A DNA stretch of 18,126 nucleotides from Bacteriovoracaceae bacterium (GCA_049599895.1 JBMYPC010000059.1:1-18126), one strand, 5' to 3'. Numbered from the stretch's first letter, positions 1 through 8,515 are shown. Notes: a model not told the origin generated them from the letters alone. A program made the numbers and translations.

Positions 1-1
1 T

Positions 2-214
2 GATGGAAAGTATTCATTTCCAGAAATGATCGAGTTTGCTTCACGGGAAGAGTTTCTAAGGGCCGGTGATCTTATCGGAAGTGGAACCGTTGGAACAGGT
101 TGTGGACTTGAACTTGATAAATGGATAAAAGAGGGCGATGCCATTGAACTTAAAGTTGAAAAAATTGGAATTCTTAAAAATACTGTTGGGAAAAAGGTAA
201 AAATCTATGGATAG
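2..214 (+). CDS. Fumarylacetoacetate hydrolase (FAH) family protein, 3' part only (runs off window start)
   Basis: The frame is open from base 2 (DGKYSFPEMIEFASREEFLRAGDLIGSGTVGTGCGLEL...GDAIELKVEKIGILKNTV). GD-x-I-x-SGT and the C-terminal GD...IG-x-L-x-N-x-V pattern are typical of FAH-family C-termini. It overlaps the hmgA start. Confidence 0.88.
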   Translation, partial: DGKYSFPEMIEFASREEFLRAGDLIGSGTVGTGCGLELDKWIKEGDAIELKVEKIGILKNTVGKKVKIYG

Positions 215-1307
215 CTTTAAAAGTTCTGGAACCGTCACAAAACAGGCCCATGTGGATATCCCTGATGGACTTTACGAAGAAGAGCATGGAAGAAATGGCT
301 TTTTTGGACGAGTCAGTCAAATCTATCATGAAAATCCTCCTGTAAACTGGACTCATATCGAAGGAAACTTAAAGCCGAGACTTCTCCCTTCTCTTTTCAA
401 TGAAGAATCAATTCAAAATTCTTTTGCTGAAGTCCTAAAGAATAATGATACTGTTTTAAGTCTTGCCCATTATAAAGAAGATTTTAAAAATTTCTTTCGC
501 AATGCTGACTTTGATGAGCTTTATTTTATTCATGACGGCGAAGGAACCATTGAAACTCTCTTTGGTCATGTTCCTTATAAAAAAGGCGATTATATTGTTA
601 TCCCTCGAGGGACGACCTATAAACTTTATTTAAAAACTCCTTCAAAGATTTTGAAGGTTGAATCAGCTTCAGAATTTGAACAACCAGAGAGAGGCATGCT
701 TGGCCCCAACGCCCTTTATGATCAGACAGCTCTTTTTGTTCCAAGCTCAAGCTCTGGAAGCGAACAAGATAAAGACAATTATATTGTTGAGATTAAAAGA
801 TTGGGAGATATTTCAAAAGTTCACTACCCTTTTAATCCGCTTGATGGAAAAGGTTGGAAAGGAAACCTCTATCCCTACAAGCTTTCAATTTATGATATCT
901 GTCCCATTATGAGTCATCGTTATCATATTCCGCCATCAGGACACACAACCTTTGTTTGTCGAAATTTTGTGGTTTGCTCCTTTGTTGAAAGACCTCTAGA
1001 AGACTCAAAACATAAAGTCTTAAAAGTTCCTTTTTATCATTCTAATATCGACTTTGATGAAGTCCTTTTCTATCACCAAGGAGACTTTTTTAGTCGAGAC
1101 AATATTGATCCCGGGAATATCACTTTTCATCCACAGGGAATTCATCATGGACCACATCCCAATGCTTTTAAAAACACTATGGATAAAGAGTACACTGATG
1201 AATATGCCGTCATGATTGATACGAAAAACCCTTTAATACCGACAAAACTTTTTGAAAAGTTTGAAAATCCTGAATACTGGAAAAGCTGGAGTGCGAATGA
1301 ACCTTGA
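207..1307 (+). CDS. hmgA: Homogentisate 1,2-dioxygenase
   Basis: 366 aa with cupin motifs FFRNADFDELYFIHDGEG and GDYIVIPRGT. Fe-ligand regions are YHSNIDFDEV and FHPQGIHHGPHP. It is adjacent to an FAH-family gene. Confidence 0.93.
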   Translation: MDSFKSSGTVTKQAHVDIPDGLYEEEHGRNGFFGRVSQIYHENPPVNWTHIEGNLKPRLLPSLFNEESIQNSFAEVLKNNDTVLSLAHYKEDFKNFFRNADFDELYFIHDGEGTIETLFGHVPYKKGDYIVIPRGTTYKLYLKTPSKILKVESASEFEQPERGMLGPNALYDQTALFVPSSSSGSEQDKDNYIVEIKRLGDISKVHYPFNPLDGKGWKGNLYPYKLSIYDICPIMSHRYHIPPSGHTTFVCRNFVVCSFVERPLEDSKHKVLKVPFYHSNIDFDEVLFYHQGDFFSRDNIDPGNITFHPQGIHHGPHPNAFKNTMDKEYTDEYAVMIDTKNPLIPTKLFEKFENPEYWKSWSANEP

Positions 1308-1938
1308 TAATAAAAAAACCTTTTCTCCAAGCTCTGACTTTAAAGATAATTATAAAATCCTTATCGGCAGTGTTGTCCCAAGACCCATTGCCGTAGTTTC
1401 AACATTAAATGAAAATGGCACGAATAACCTTGCTCCATTTTCTTTTTTCACCGTCGTAAGTGCTAATCCTATGGTCATTGCTTTTTGTCCGTTCATTCGC
1501 TCAAGTGATGGTGAAGAAAAAGACACTGCAAAAAACATCAAAAGAGAAAAAGAATTTACCCTTAACTTCTGTACTGAACAATACGCAGAAAAGATTAATC
1601 TCGCGGCAACAGAGCTACCTTACGGAGAGGATGAGTTTAGTTTTTCAGGACTAACTCCTCTTGACTCGACACTTGTGAAACCAAAGCTTCTTAGAGAGTC
1701 TCCTATTAATTTTGAGTGTAAATTAAGAGACACTTTAAGCTACGGAGAAAGTCTTGGTGCTGGCCAAATCATCACAGGTGAAGTTGTAAAGATTCATATC
1801 GCTGATGAAATTTTTAAAGATGGAAAGATTGATACCGATCTTTATAATCCAATCGGAAGAGGTGCAGGTAACGATTGGATTCTCACGAACTCAAGAATGC
1901 AACTTGAAAGAAAGTCTAAGGCCCAAATTCAAAAATAG
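1297..1938 (+). CDS. Flavin reductase-like (FMN-binding split barrel) protein
   Basis: Motifs VVPRPIAVVST, NLAPFSFF, KDTAKNI, ESPINFEC and IGRGAGNDW. Start moved from the ORF-track 1252 to the ATG at 1297 (GGAG at 1288-1291), which overlaps the hmgA stop. Confidence 0.88.
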   Translation: MNLDNKKTFSPSSDFKDNYKILIGSVVPRPIAVVSTLNENGTNNLAPFSFFTVVSANPMVIAFCPFIRSSDGEEKDTAKNIKREKEFTLNFCTEQYAEKINLAATELPYGEDEFSFSGLTPLDSTLVKPKLLRESPINFECKLRDTLSYGESLGAGQIITGEVVKIHIADEIFKDGKIDTDLYNPIGRGAGNDWILTNSRMQLERKSKAQIQK

Positions 1939-1940
1939 AC

Positions 1941-1981
1941 AGCTTATCGCCGCCCTCTTGTGCGAGCTTTTTGATTTCTTT
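1941..1981 (+). terminator. Possible intrinsic terminator of the hmgA operon
   Basis: Imperfect stem AGC(tta)TCGC...GCGAGCT followed by TTTTGATTTCTTT, directly after the stop codon and between convergent genes. Confidence 0.4.
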
Positions 1982-2009
1982 CCTTAGAAGCAATAAATAT
2001 GCCAAGAGC

Positions 2010-4493
2010 TTAGAATGTAGGGAGTTCGGGTAGATCACTTCGACGTGACTCAGTCTTTTGCTCGACCAATCTGAGTATCAGTTTATTGAGCTGATTAACC
2101 TTTAATTCAAGCTTATTATTTTTGGTCATGTAATACTGGTGAACTTCTTTAAGTCGTGCACTGACAATGTTTTCAACTTCAGCATTTGAAAAGCTTTTTT
2201 GTTGTATCAAAAAGTTTGAAACACTTTCTTTGAACGTATCAAGCTCATGTTTCAGGATCTTGATCTCTTCAATATGATCTTGCTCAGCTGTTAACTGAAT
2301 ATGAGAAAGCTCTTCTTTCATCTTTGAATAATTTTGAAAGATTTCATGATTTATAGAAGTTGAAAGATCTTTAATTCCCTCGGAAATGGTCTTATAAAGC
2401 CCCTTGAGATGCTGTTCCTGTTCGAGGTTTTCCGAAGTGATTTGTTCAAAAAATGATTTCTGAGATGAAAGGATTTTCTTCTGTAAATCATTGTTCATCA
2501 TTTTGAATTCATTCGATTTTTCAACAAAGACTTGGCCTAAATTAAGCTCCACATCTTTTTCAATAGTAGAAGCCTTATTTTGAATCTCACCAATTCGATG
2601 CTCGATCGCTTGGTCAAAATTGGCCAAAGACCTTTCGTTAATTTTCTCAACACTCTCTGAATATTTCTCAGTTTTATTCTCAAGTTCACTCAATAGGCAA
2701 TCTTGAGTTGTGGATCGTAGCTCATTGACAATGAGGTCTTGATTTTTCTTCATTTCATGAAAGCAACTTGAGAGTTCTTTTGAAACAACCTGCTTGAGTT
2801 CCTCAATAAAATCCTTTTGGTGACGACTAGCAATCGACTCTAATCTCTGCTCTTGATTTTTATAACTTACTTGGCCAATCTTAGCAGCTGCAACCTCTAA
2901 GCTCTTTTTTGCTTCGGCTAAGTCGGCAGAATGGATTTCATCTATTTCTTCAGAATATTTCTCTATTAATGCTTTACTATAATCCCCTAGACTTTCAAGA
3001 GTGCTGTAAACCTGAGATTTCAAATTCGGTCTTAAAGTTGAAAGGGCCATCTCAACTTCTTGATCAAGAGTTTGAATCATTTTGTTTTCAAACAAGTTTT
3101 TTGTATTTTCTAAGATCTCTCTCGTTTCTGAAATCTTTGCTTGTATCTCATGATTTGTTCTTTCAAGGACAGAAGAGGAGGTCTTCTCGATTTGATGTAT
3201 CGTTTTTTGAGTTTGTCGTTCAGAGTCTTTAGAAAGCTTTTGTTGATAGTACTTATGAGTCTCTTGATTTTGTTTCTTAGAGTCTTCTTTTAGCTTTAAT
3301 AGATTATTTTGAAAATTCCTTTCTTCTCCAGAGCGGATTTTTTTCATATCCATCAGAAGATTATCTTTAATCAGACCCTGTTTTTTTTCACATGTCTTTT
3401 GAAAGTTCTTTTCAAGTTGAGCAGAAGCTCGAGAAAGCTTCTCGAAGGTGTTTTGAAGCAACTTCTCTCCTTCTTTTCGAGACTGCTCTTCAAACTCTTT
3501 TAAAACTTCACCCTTGATTTGATTTCCATCATTCTCGAGAACCCTTTTGGTTTCTCTCGCGATACTTTCAGAGAGGTCCTGAGTTTTTTCTTTAAAACCT
3601 TTGTGAATTCCTTCCAGTATTTTTTGAAAATTTGCAATTTCAAGGATTTTAGAGTTTTTAATCGTTTTGTTGAAATCTTCTTGGAGTACTTTTGATTGGT
3701 TCTCACTTGAAGATCGGAACTCCTCCTCATGCTTAATCGCAATTTCGTTGATTCTCTTTTTAAATCTCTGTTCTTGATCATTTGTAAGAGAGAGAAGACT
3801 TTTCTCAAACTGATCACGACAAAGATCTCGATGATGCTTAAGGTTCTCTAGGCTTTCCCTCATTCCTTTTTGAGAGTTTCGAGAAAGGGTCTTTACACAT
3901 CTTGAGATTGTCTCATCCCCAATTTCTTTACATTGAATAAGTGTTTTCTTTTGAAGATCAGAGAAAAGATTTGAAGCATTTTTTGTTAAGCTAACAAAAT
4001 TCTCATCAGCTTCAATCCTAAACTCTCGAATAAGACGCTTAAATAGCTTCTCAATTTCATGGCGGCTACTTAAAGACTTATTTTTGATAAAATCACCATT
4101 TTGGCTTTGAAAAAGATCTGTGCTTTTTTGAAAAGCTGTTTCCAAGTAATTTGAAAACTCGGATTGTAAATTTTGAGACTTTAGGACTTCTTCGGAGTGA
4201 ACCTTTTCAACTTTTTCAGAAAATGTTGCAAAGAGAATCGATTCAAGATTCTTTAGCTCTCTTTCAAACTTCTCTTTTCGTTTTTGATCGAGTTCAAACG
4301 ATTCAATAAGTTTATCGGCCTTAACTCTTAAAACCTTTTGCACTTCTGATGAATAATCTCTAATTTGATTTTGAAAACGAGATTCAAGTTTGGAGAAAAA
4401 CTGGTTTGAAACTTCGTTAAAATGACCCTTTAACTCTGGGGAAAGAACCCGAGCAACATCTTCAACTTTAATAATCGATCTTCCGTGATTCAT
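2010..4493 (-). CDS. Hypothetical 827-aa all-alpha coiled-coil protein (15/11-residue periodicity)
   Basis: Long ORF with AGGAG RBS 5 nt before the ATG. It is E/K/Q/S/L-rich, almost Pro-free, and has no signal peptide or TM segment. No family recognised. Confidence 0.85.
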   Translation of the reverse strand: MNHGRSIIKVEDVARVLSPELKGHFNEVSNQFFSKLESRFQNQIRDYSSEVQKVLRVKADKLIESFELDQKRKEKFERELKNLESILFATFSEKVEKVHSEEVLKSQNLQSEFSNYLETAFQKSTDLFQSQNGDFIKNKSLSSRHEIEKLFKRLIREFRIEADENFVSLTKNASNLFSDLQKKTLIQCKEIGDETISRCVKTLSRNSQKGMRESLENLKHHRDLCRDQFEKSLLSLTNDQEQRFKKRINEIAIKHEEEFRSSSENQSKVLQEDFNKTIKNSKILEIANFQKILEGIHKGFKEKTQDLSESIARETKRVLENDGNQIKGEVLKEFEEQSRKEGEKLLQNTFEKLSRASAQLEKNFQKTCEKKQGLIKDNLLMDMKKIRSGEERNFQNNLLKLKEDSKKQNQETHKYYQQKLSKDSERQTQKTIHQIEKTSSSVLERTNHEIQAKISETREILENTKNLFENKMIQTLDQEVEMALSTLRPNLKSQVYSTLESLGDYSKALIEKYSEEIDEIHSADLAEAKKSLEVAAAKIGQVSYKNQEQRLESIASRHQKDFIEELKQVVSKELSSCFHEMKKNQDLIVNELRSTTQDCLLSELENKTEKYSESVEKINERSLANFDQAIEHRIGEIQNKASTIEKDVELNLGQVFVEKSNEFKMMNNDLQKKILSSQKSFFEQITSENLEQEQHLKGLYKTISEGIKDLSTSINHEIFQNYSKMKEELSHIQLTAEQDHIEEIKILKHELDTFKESVSNFLIQQKSFSNAEVENIVSARLKEVHQYYMTKNNKLELKVNQLNKLILRLVEQKTESRRSDLPELPTF

Positions 4494-4495
4494 GG

Positions 4496-4535
4496 CAACT
4501 CCTACGTAAAGATATTTTATCTTCAGCAGGAGTTG
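4496..4535 (-). promoter_or_regulatory. 18-bp RNA hairpin sequestering the RBS of the 827-aa gene
   Basis: Minus strand reads CAACUCCU-GC-UGAAGAUA-AAA-UAUCUUUA-C-GU-AGGAGUUG-CC-AUG. The AGGAG is paired in the stem and no U-tract follows. Confidence 0.65.
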
Positions 4536-4578
4536 GATGCTCCGAAAGGCATAAAATACTCGTAAATTTTGAAGGGGT

Positions 4579-5862
4579 TTACTTCTCTTTTACAGTGACG
4601 ATTTCTTTGATCTTATCGAAAGTCTTTTCTTCTCGAATCGCGTACATGAGGTTCTGCTTAAGGTTTTGATTCCCATCGTAATACTGCTTAACCTGAGCAA
4701 CATCAACACCTGAGAGCTTGGCACTTTCCTCAAGTTTTGCATCAAAGTCTGACTCTTCAGCTTCGATACTATAATCTTGAGCAAGTTTGTCTAAAATAAG
4801 ACCTGACTTTACACGAAATTTCGCTTTGTCTTTGATGTCCCCTTCCCACTTTGAGTAGTACTCTTTTTTCATTTCTTCGTTGAATCCTTGCTGATCAAGG
4901 GACTTCTCAACATCTTTTCTCAAGATATTTTCTTGTTGTGCAATAAGAGCTTGAGGGATATCAAACGAATGAGTTTCTACAAGTTTTTCAAGAATGTCTT
5001 GGTGAAGTTTTTCTTTCACTTGCTTTTCTTTTTGAAGACGAATGTTTTGTTCAGTCTTGGTGTTGAAATCTTCAGTACTTTCAAAACCAAATTCTTTTGC
5101 CATCTCGTCTGTAAAATCTGGAAGTATTTTTTCTTTAATTTCAAGAATTTCAACTTCGAAAGTCACTGGTGCGCTCTTTAATTCTTCAACGTGGTAATCT
5201 TCAGGAAATGTTAGTTCAAGCTTTTTAGTTTCACCTGTACTTGCACCGATCAAACCTTCTTCAAAACCTGGAATAAACTGGTTTGACCCAATTTCGAGTA
5301 AAAATTCTTGTGCGGCCATATTCTCAGGGCTTGTCCCGTCGGCTTTAGTTCCTTTGAAGTTAATGACAGCAAATGATCCACTTTCTAATGGCTTACCTTC
5401 AACTCCTTTCATTTCTGCTTTTGAACCAAGATAAGAGTCTCTCATTCGATTGACATCTTCATCAGTCACTTCTGATTTTTCATATTCAAAGCTTAGCTTA
5501 TCTAAGTCTTTTAATTCTACTGCTGGAAAGGTTTCAACAATAGCCTCAAAGCTTACTTTCTTCCCTGCTTCATAATTTACATTTTCAAATGATGGATAAC
5601 CAACAAGTCTAATCTTTTCTTCGTTGATCGCTTCAAAAAATCTGTTTTGGATAAACTGATTAAGTGCATCTGACTCAACTTGTGGACGGTACATTTTTTC
5701 AATCACTGGAAGTGGAGCTTTCCCTTTTCTGAAACCTTTAAGATTGGCCGTTTTTTGCTTTTGAAGTAGCGCCATTTTGATCTCATCAGCAAGGTCTAAA
5801 GATTCAAAATTAAAAACGATTTTCTTAGTACAATCGTTGATTTCTTCAACGGAATAGTTCAT
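4579..5862 (-). CDS. tig: Trigger factor
   Basis: 427 aa with the ribosome-binding signature GFRKGKAP and an FKBP domain (IGSNQFIPGFEEGLIG, LTFPEDYH). AGAGGA RBS. Confidence 0.97.
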   Translation of the reverse strand: MNYSVEEINDCTKKIVFNFESLDLADEIKMALLQKQKTANLKGFRKGKAPLPVIEKMYRPQVESDALNQFIQNRFFEAINEEKIRLVGYPSFENVNYEAGKKVSFEAIVETFPAVELKDLDKLSFEYEKSEVTDEDVNRMRDSYLGSKAEMKGVEGKPLESGSFAVINFKGTKADGTSPENMAAQEFLLEIGSNQFIPGFEEGLIGASTGETKKLELTFPEDYHVEELKSAPVTFEVEILEIKEKILPDFTDEMAKEFGFESTEDFNTKTEQNIRLQKEKQVKEKLHQDILEKLVETHSFDIPQALIAQQENILRKDVEKSLDQQGFNEEMKKEYYSKWEGDIKDKAKFRVKSGLILDKLAQDYSIEAEESDFDAKLEESAKLSGVDVAQVKQYYDGNQNLKQNLMYAIREEKTFDKIKEIVTVKEK

Positions 5863-5901
5863 AGCTTCCTCTATTGTTTAAATGAATTTAATTGGTCCTT
5901 G

Positions 5902-5931
5902 CTTTTAGCTAGTGAGAGGGTCATCTGTCAA
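5902..5931 (-). promoter_or_regulatory. Putative sigma70 promoter for tig
   Basis: TTGACA (5931-5926), an 18-nt spacer, then TAAAAG (5907-5902) in the truA-tig gap. Confidence 0.55.
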
Positions 5932-5953
5932 TTTTTAAGGGCGTTTAGGCGAT

Positions 5954-6721
5954 CTAAGCATAGGAAACTTCGTGCAAAAAAAGTCCATGGGCAGGAGCGA
6001 CAAAACGCCTTTCAGACTTAAGCTCAGGGTCAAAAAGATCTTCAAATTGCGCAGCGCTTATTTTCCCTTGGGCATAATCTAAAAGAGTCCCAACCATAAG
6101 TCTGACCATCTGTTTTAAAAACCCCGAGCCTCTAAACTTTAAGCAAAAAATAGCTCTTCCCTCAACACCAAATGGCCCTACTTGATTCAACTGAGAAAGA
6201 TCTGCTTCAAAAATTTCTCTAATATAAGAATTCACAGGGGTGCCAACACAAAAGAAATTGTGAAAACTTTTTTCTCCATGAAAAAAATCCATCCCCTTCT
6301 CAAGCTTTGCAAGATCAAAGTCTCCTTGAAAATGGGCGACATAACGATAAAGAAACAAACCTGGATCTTCAAAACTTAAGTAATAGCGATACTCTTTGCT
6401 AAGTGAATCCTGAATAGGATGAAAACTCTCATCACATTCACAGGCCTCAATAATCTTGATTCCAGTAGGAAGTGTGTCGTTAAGCCCCTTTTTTAGGTTG
6501 GCACTCGGAATTGAGCGAGAGAGACTTAATTTTACAACTTGAGCTCTTGCATGAACTCCTGAATCCGTTCTTCCCGATGCCATGGTTAAAACAGAGTCGT
6601 CATTAAAGACCTTCGCTATTGTTTGATTAAGATCACCTTGGATCGTTTTCACATTTGGCTGAATCTGCCAGCCATAATAATCTGTACCGTCATATGAAAT
6701 TTTAAGTTTATAGGTATTCAA
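5954..6721 (-). CDS. truA: tRNA pseudouridine(38-40) synthase
   Basis: Motifs YDGTDYYGWQIQ, catalytic GRTDSGVHA, GSGFLKQMVRLMVG and APAHGLFL. The start is uncertain (TTG at 6721 or ATG at 6739). It overlaps the upstream gene's end. Confidence 0.95.
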   Translation of the reverse strand: MNTYKLKISYDGTDYYGWQIQPNVKTIQGDLNQTIAKVFNDDSVLTMASGRTDSGVHARAQVVKLSLSRSIPSANLKKGLNDTLPTGIKIIEACECDESFHPIQDSLSKEYRYYLSFEDPGLFLYRYVAHFQGDFDLAKLEKGMDFFHGEKSFHNFFCVGTPVNSYIREIFEADLSQLNQVGPFGVEGRAIFCLKFRGSGFLKQMVRLMVGTLLDYAQGKISAAQFEDLFDPELKSERRFVAPAHGLFLHEVSYA

Positions 6722-7706
6722 AAGTGATTCCCATTCCATATGTTGATCCACTGATTTGAATATCAGTATCACTAAAAGTGGAATAAGATTGGTGTCTCAT
6801 ATAAAAATCAAGACTCATTCTCGTCGCTTTATAAAGTGAATAAATGTCTCTTCCAAGACTTGGAAAAAAAGAACTCAAAGTAAAACTCAAGGCACCATTA
6901 GCTGAGTAACCATGCCCAACCTGTCTTCGATCCTTCGAAGCGTCTGTATCCTTTCTGTCATCACGACTCTGTAAAAGAAGCATGCCACCGTAGGCACCAC
7001 CCAAACTAATCCCCACATATTTCGATGGCCTTAAAGTCAGCCCTACTTCAAATTCCATGGGAATCGTCCAAAGTTTAAATTCAGTAGTACTTTCTTCAGC
7101 AATAGGAGGCGCAAAGTATCCATAGCCTCTGTTGTAACCAATTCCTAAATTAAATCCATAATAGAGAGTTTTATTCATTCTATTTTTAAGATTAAAAAAG
7201 AAAGTTCCAAGGTTTAAAGAATTACTTCCCTCTCGAAAAGTTCGGTTAAAGATGTCATTTCGATCTTGGTAATCATAATTATCAGTCATATAGACAAAGC
7301 TAAATGTTGATTTTCCTTCGTTGTGAATTGCAGTCATAAAGCCTGAATCAGATGTGACCTCATAACTTGAAACCTGTGTTTCTCCAGGGTTTGCAATATT
7401 GAACTGTCCAAACTTTTGAACATTTCCAGCATATTTTGAATTGTCTTTTTGGGGAAAGAAGTGGGCTGTTTTATCAGATTTCATTTTCTCATCGCCTGCG
7501 AACTCGCTTGATTTTTGAGAAGTGACAAGATGAGGAGCAGGCTCGTTTTTTTCTTTATTAGAATCGTTTGAGTAGAGCTTTTGCTCTATTTCTTCATCAA
7601 TTTGCCCAGGCATTGCTTGATAGCCAAGCTTTTCAGTAGATGAGCATGAAATGAGACTTAAAAGAAGGACAGAAAAAGTGACTTGATTCAAAGTTTTATA
7701 AGTCAT
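6708..7706 (-). CDS. Hypothetical lipoprotein with probable C-terminal outer-membrane beta-barrel
   Basis: ATG at 7706 with GGAGG at 7720-7716. Signal peptide MTYKTLNQVTFSVLLLSLIS-C contains a lipobox, followed by a polar linker. The C-terminal part has Gly/aromatic alternating strands (YYGFNLGIGY, FEVGLTLR, YVGISLGGAYG) and ends YGMGITFEYL. Confidence 0.7.
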   Translation of the reverse strand: MTYKTLNQVTFSVLLLSLISCSSTEKLGYQAMPGQIDEEIEQKLYSNDSNKEKNEPAPHLVTSQKSSEFAGDEKMKSDKTAHFFPQKDNSKYAGNVQKFGQFNIANPGETQVSSYEVTSDSGFMTAIHNEGKSTFSFVYMTDNYDYQDRNDIFNRTFREGSNSLNLGTFFFNLKNRMNKTLYYGFNLGIGYNRGYGYFAPPIAEESTTEFKLWTIPMEFEVGLTLRPSKYVGISLGGAYGGMLLLQSRDDRKDTDASKDRRQVGHGYSANGALSFTLSSFFPSLGRDIYSLYKATRMSLDFYMRHQSYSTFSDTDIQISGSTYGMGITFEYL

Positions 7707-8442
7707 CTTCTTTTTCCTCCCATTTAAAAATATCTCCAAGTTCCCCGCGATTTAAAAGAAAATAAATTAAAGAGATAAAGATATAAGAATAAATCACAAG
7801 CCCTACCATGATCTCATGGTAAGAAAGAGTTAAGAGAATTAAGATAAAAATAAAAATCAAAAAGTATCTTCTATTTTTACGGATCCACTTTGATTGCTTC
7901 AAGCTATTGAACGGAACATTAGTAATCATGAGACTCGCAAAGAGCACAACTAAGGCACCAGGAATAATCAGGGTATCTTTAAGAATTGAGAATTCAATAG
8001 AAAGAAGAACTAAACCAATAACAGCAAGTGCCGCTGCCGGACTTGGAAGCCCTTGGAAAAAGACCGATCCTACTTTCTCAATATTTGAATTAAATCTTGC
8101 AAGCCTTAAAGCCGCGCAGAGAAGAAAGATAAATGAGATGACAATCCCAACTCTTCCAAAACTTTGAAAATAATAAAAATACACCAAAAAACTTGGAGCA
8201 ATACCAAAAGTAATAATATCGCTCATTGAATCAAATTGTTCACCGAAGCTCGACTGAGTTCCAGTTAGACGAGCAACTCTTCCATCAACAGAATCAAAAA
8301 TGCTTCCTAAAATAAGAATCATACAAGCTTTATCGAACTGACCAGTCATTGAAAGAATGATGGAGACAAAACCACAGGCCATATTTAAGGCCGTAAAAAT
8401 ATTTGGGAGGAAAAAGGCAATCTTTTGTTTATTTCCGATCAT
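7696..8442 (-). CDS. pssA: CDP-diacylglycerol--serine O-phosphatidyltransferase (CDP-alcohol phosphotransferase type)
   Basis: LPNIFTALN at the N-terminus and an intact CDP-alcohol motif DSVDGRVAR...SSFGEQFDSMSDIITFGIAP. Also AALRLARFN and FFQGLPSP. Polytopic membrane protein. Confidence 0.92.
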   Translation of the reverse strand: MIGNKQKIAFFLPNIFTALNMACGFVSIILSMTGQFDKACMILILGSIFDSVDGRVARLTGTQSSFGEQFDSMSDIITFGIAPSFLVYFYYFQSFGRVGIVISFIFLLCAALRLARFNSNIEKVGSVFFQGLPSPAAALAVIGLVLLSIEFSILKDTLIIPGALVVLFASLMITNVPFNSLKQSKWIRKNRRYFLIFIFILILLTLSYHEIMVGLVIYSYIFISLIYFLLNRGELGDIFKWEEKEDDL

Positions 8443-8484
8443 TTTTGGTCAATAACTTTTTAATTTTAGTATGTTGTTATTGGT

Positions 8485-8514
8485 AGTATATCGCTCTATT
8501 ACCATAGATATCAA
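8485..8514 (-). promoter_or_regulatory. Putative internal sigma70 promoter for pssA
   Basis: TTGATA (8514-8509), an 18-nt spacer, then TATACT (8490-8485). It is overlapped by an inverted repeat at 8481-8504. Confidence 0.55.
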
Positions 8515-8515
8515 G

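Noticed and set aside
2010..4493. 827-aa protein as SMC/SbcC ATPase, chemoreceptor or phage tape measure
   Set aside because: No Walker motifs, MCP signalling hairpin or TM segments are visible, and no phage genes are nearby.
5863..5953. Possible tRNA upstream of tig, as found in many genomes
   Set aside because: The 91-nt gap has promoter-like sequence and no cloverleaf.
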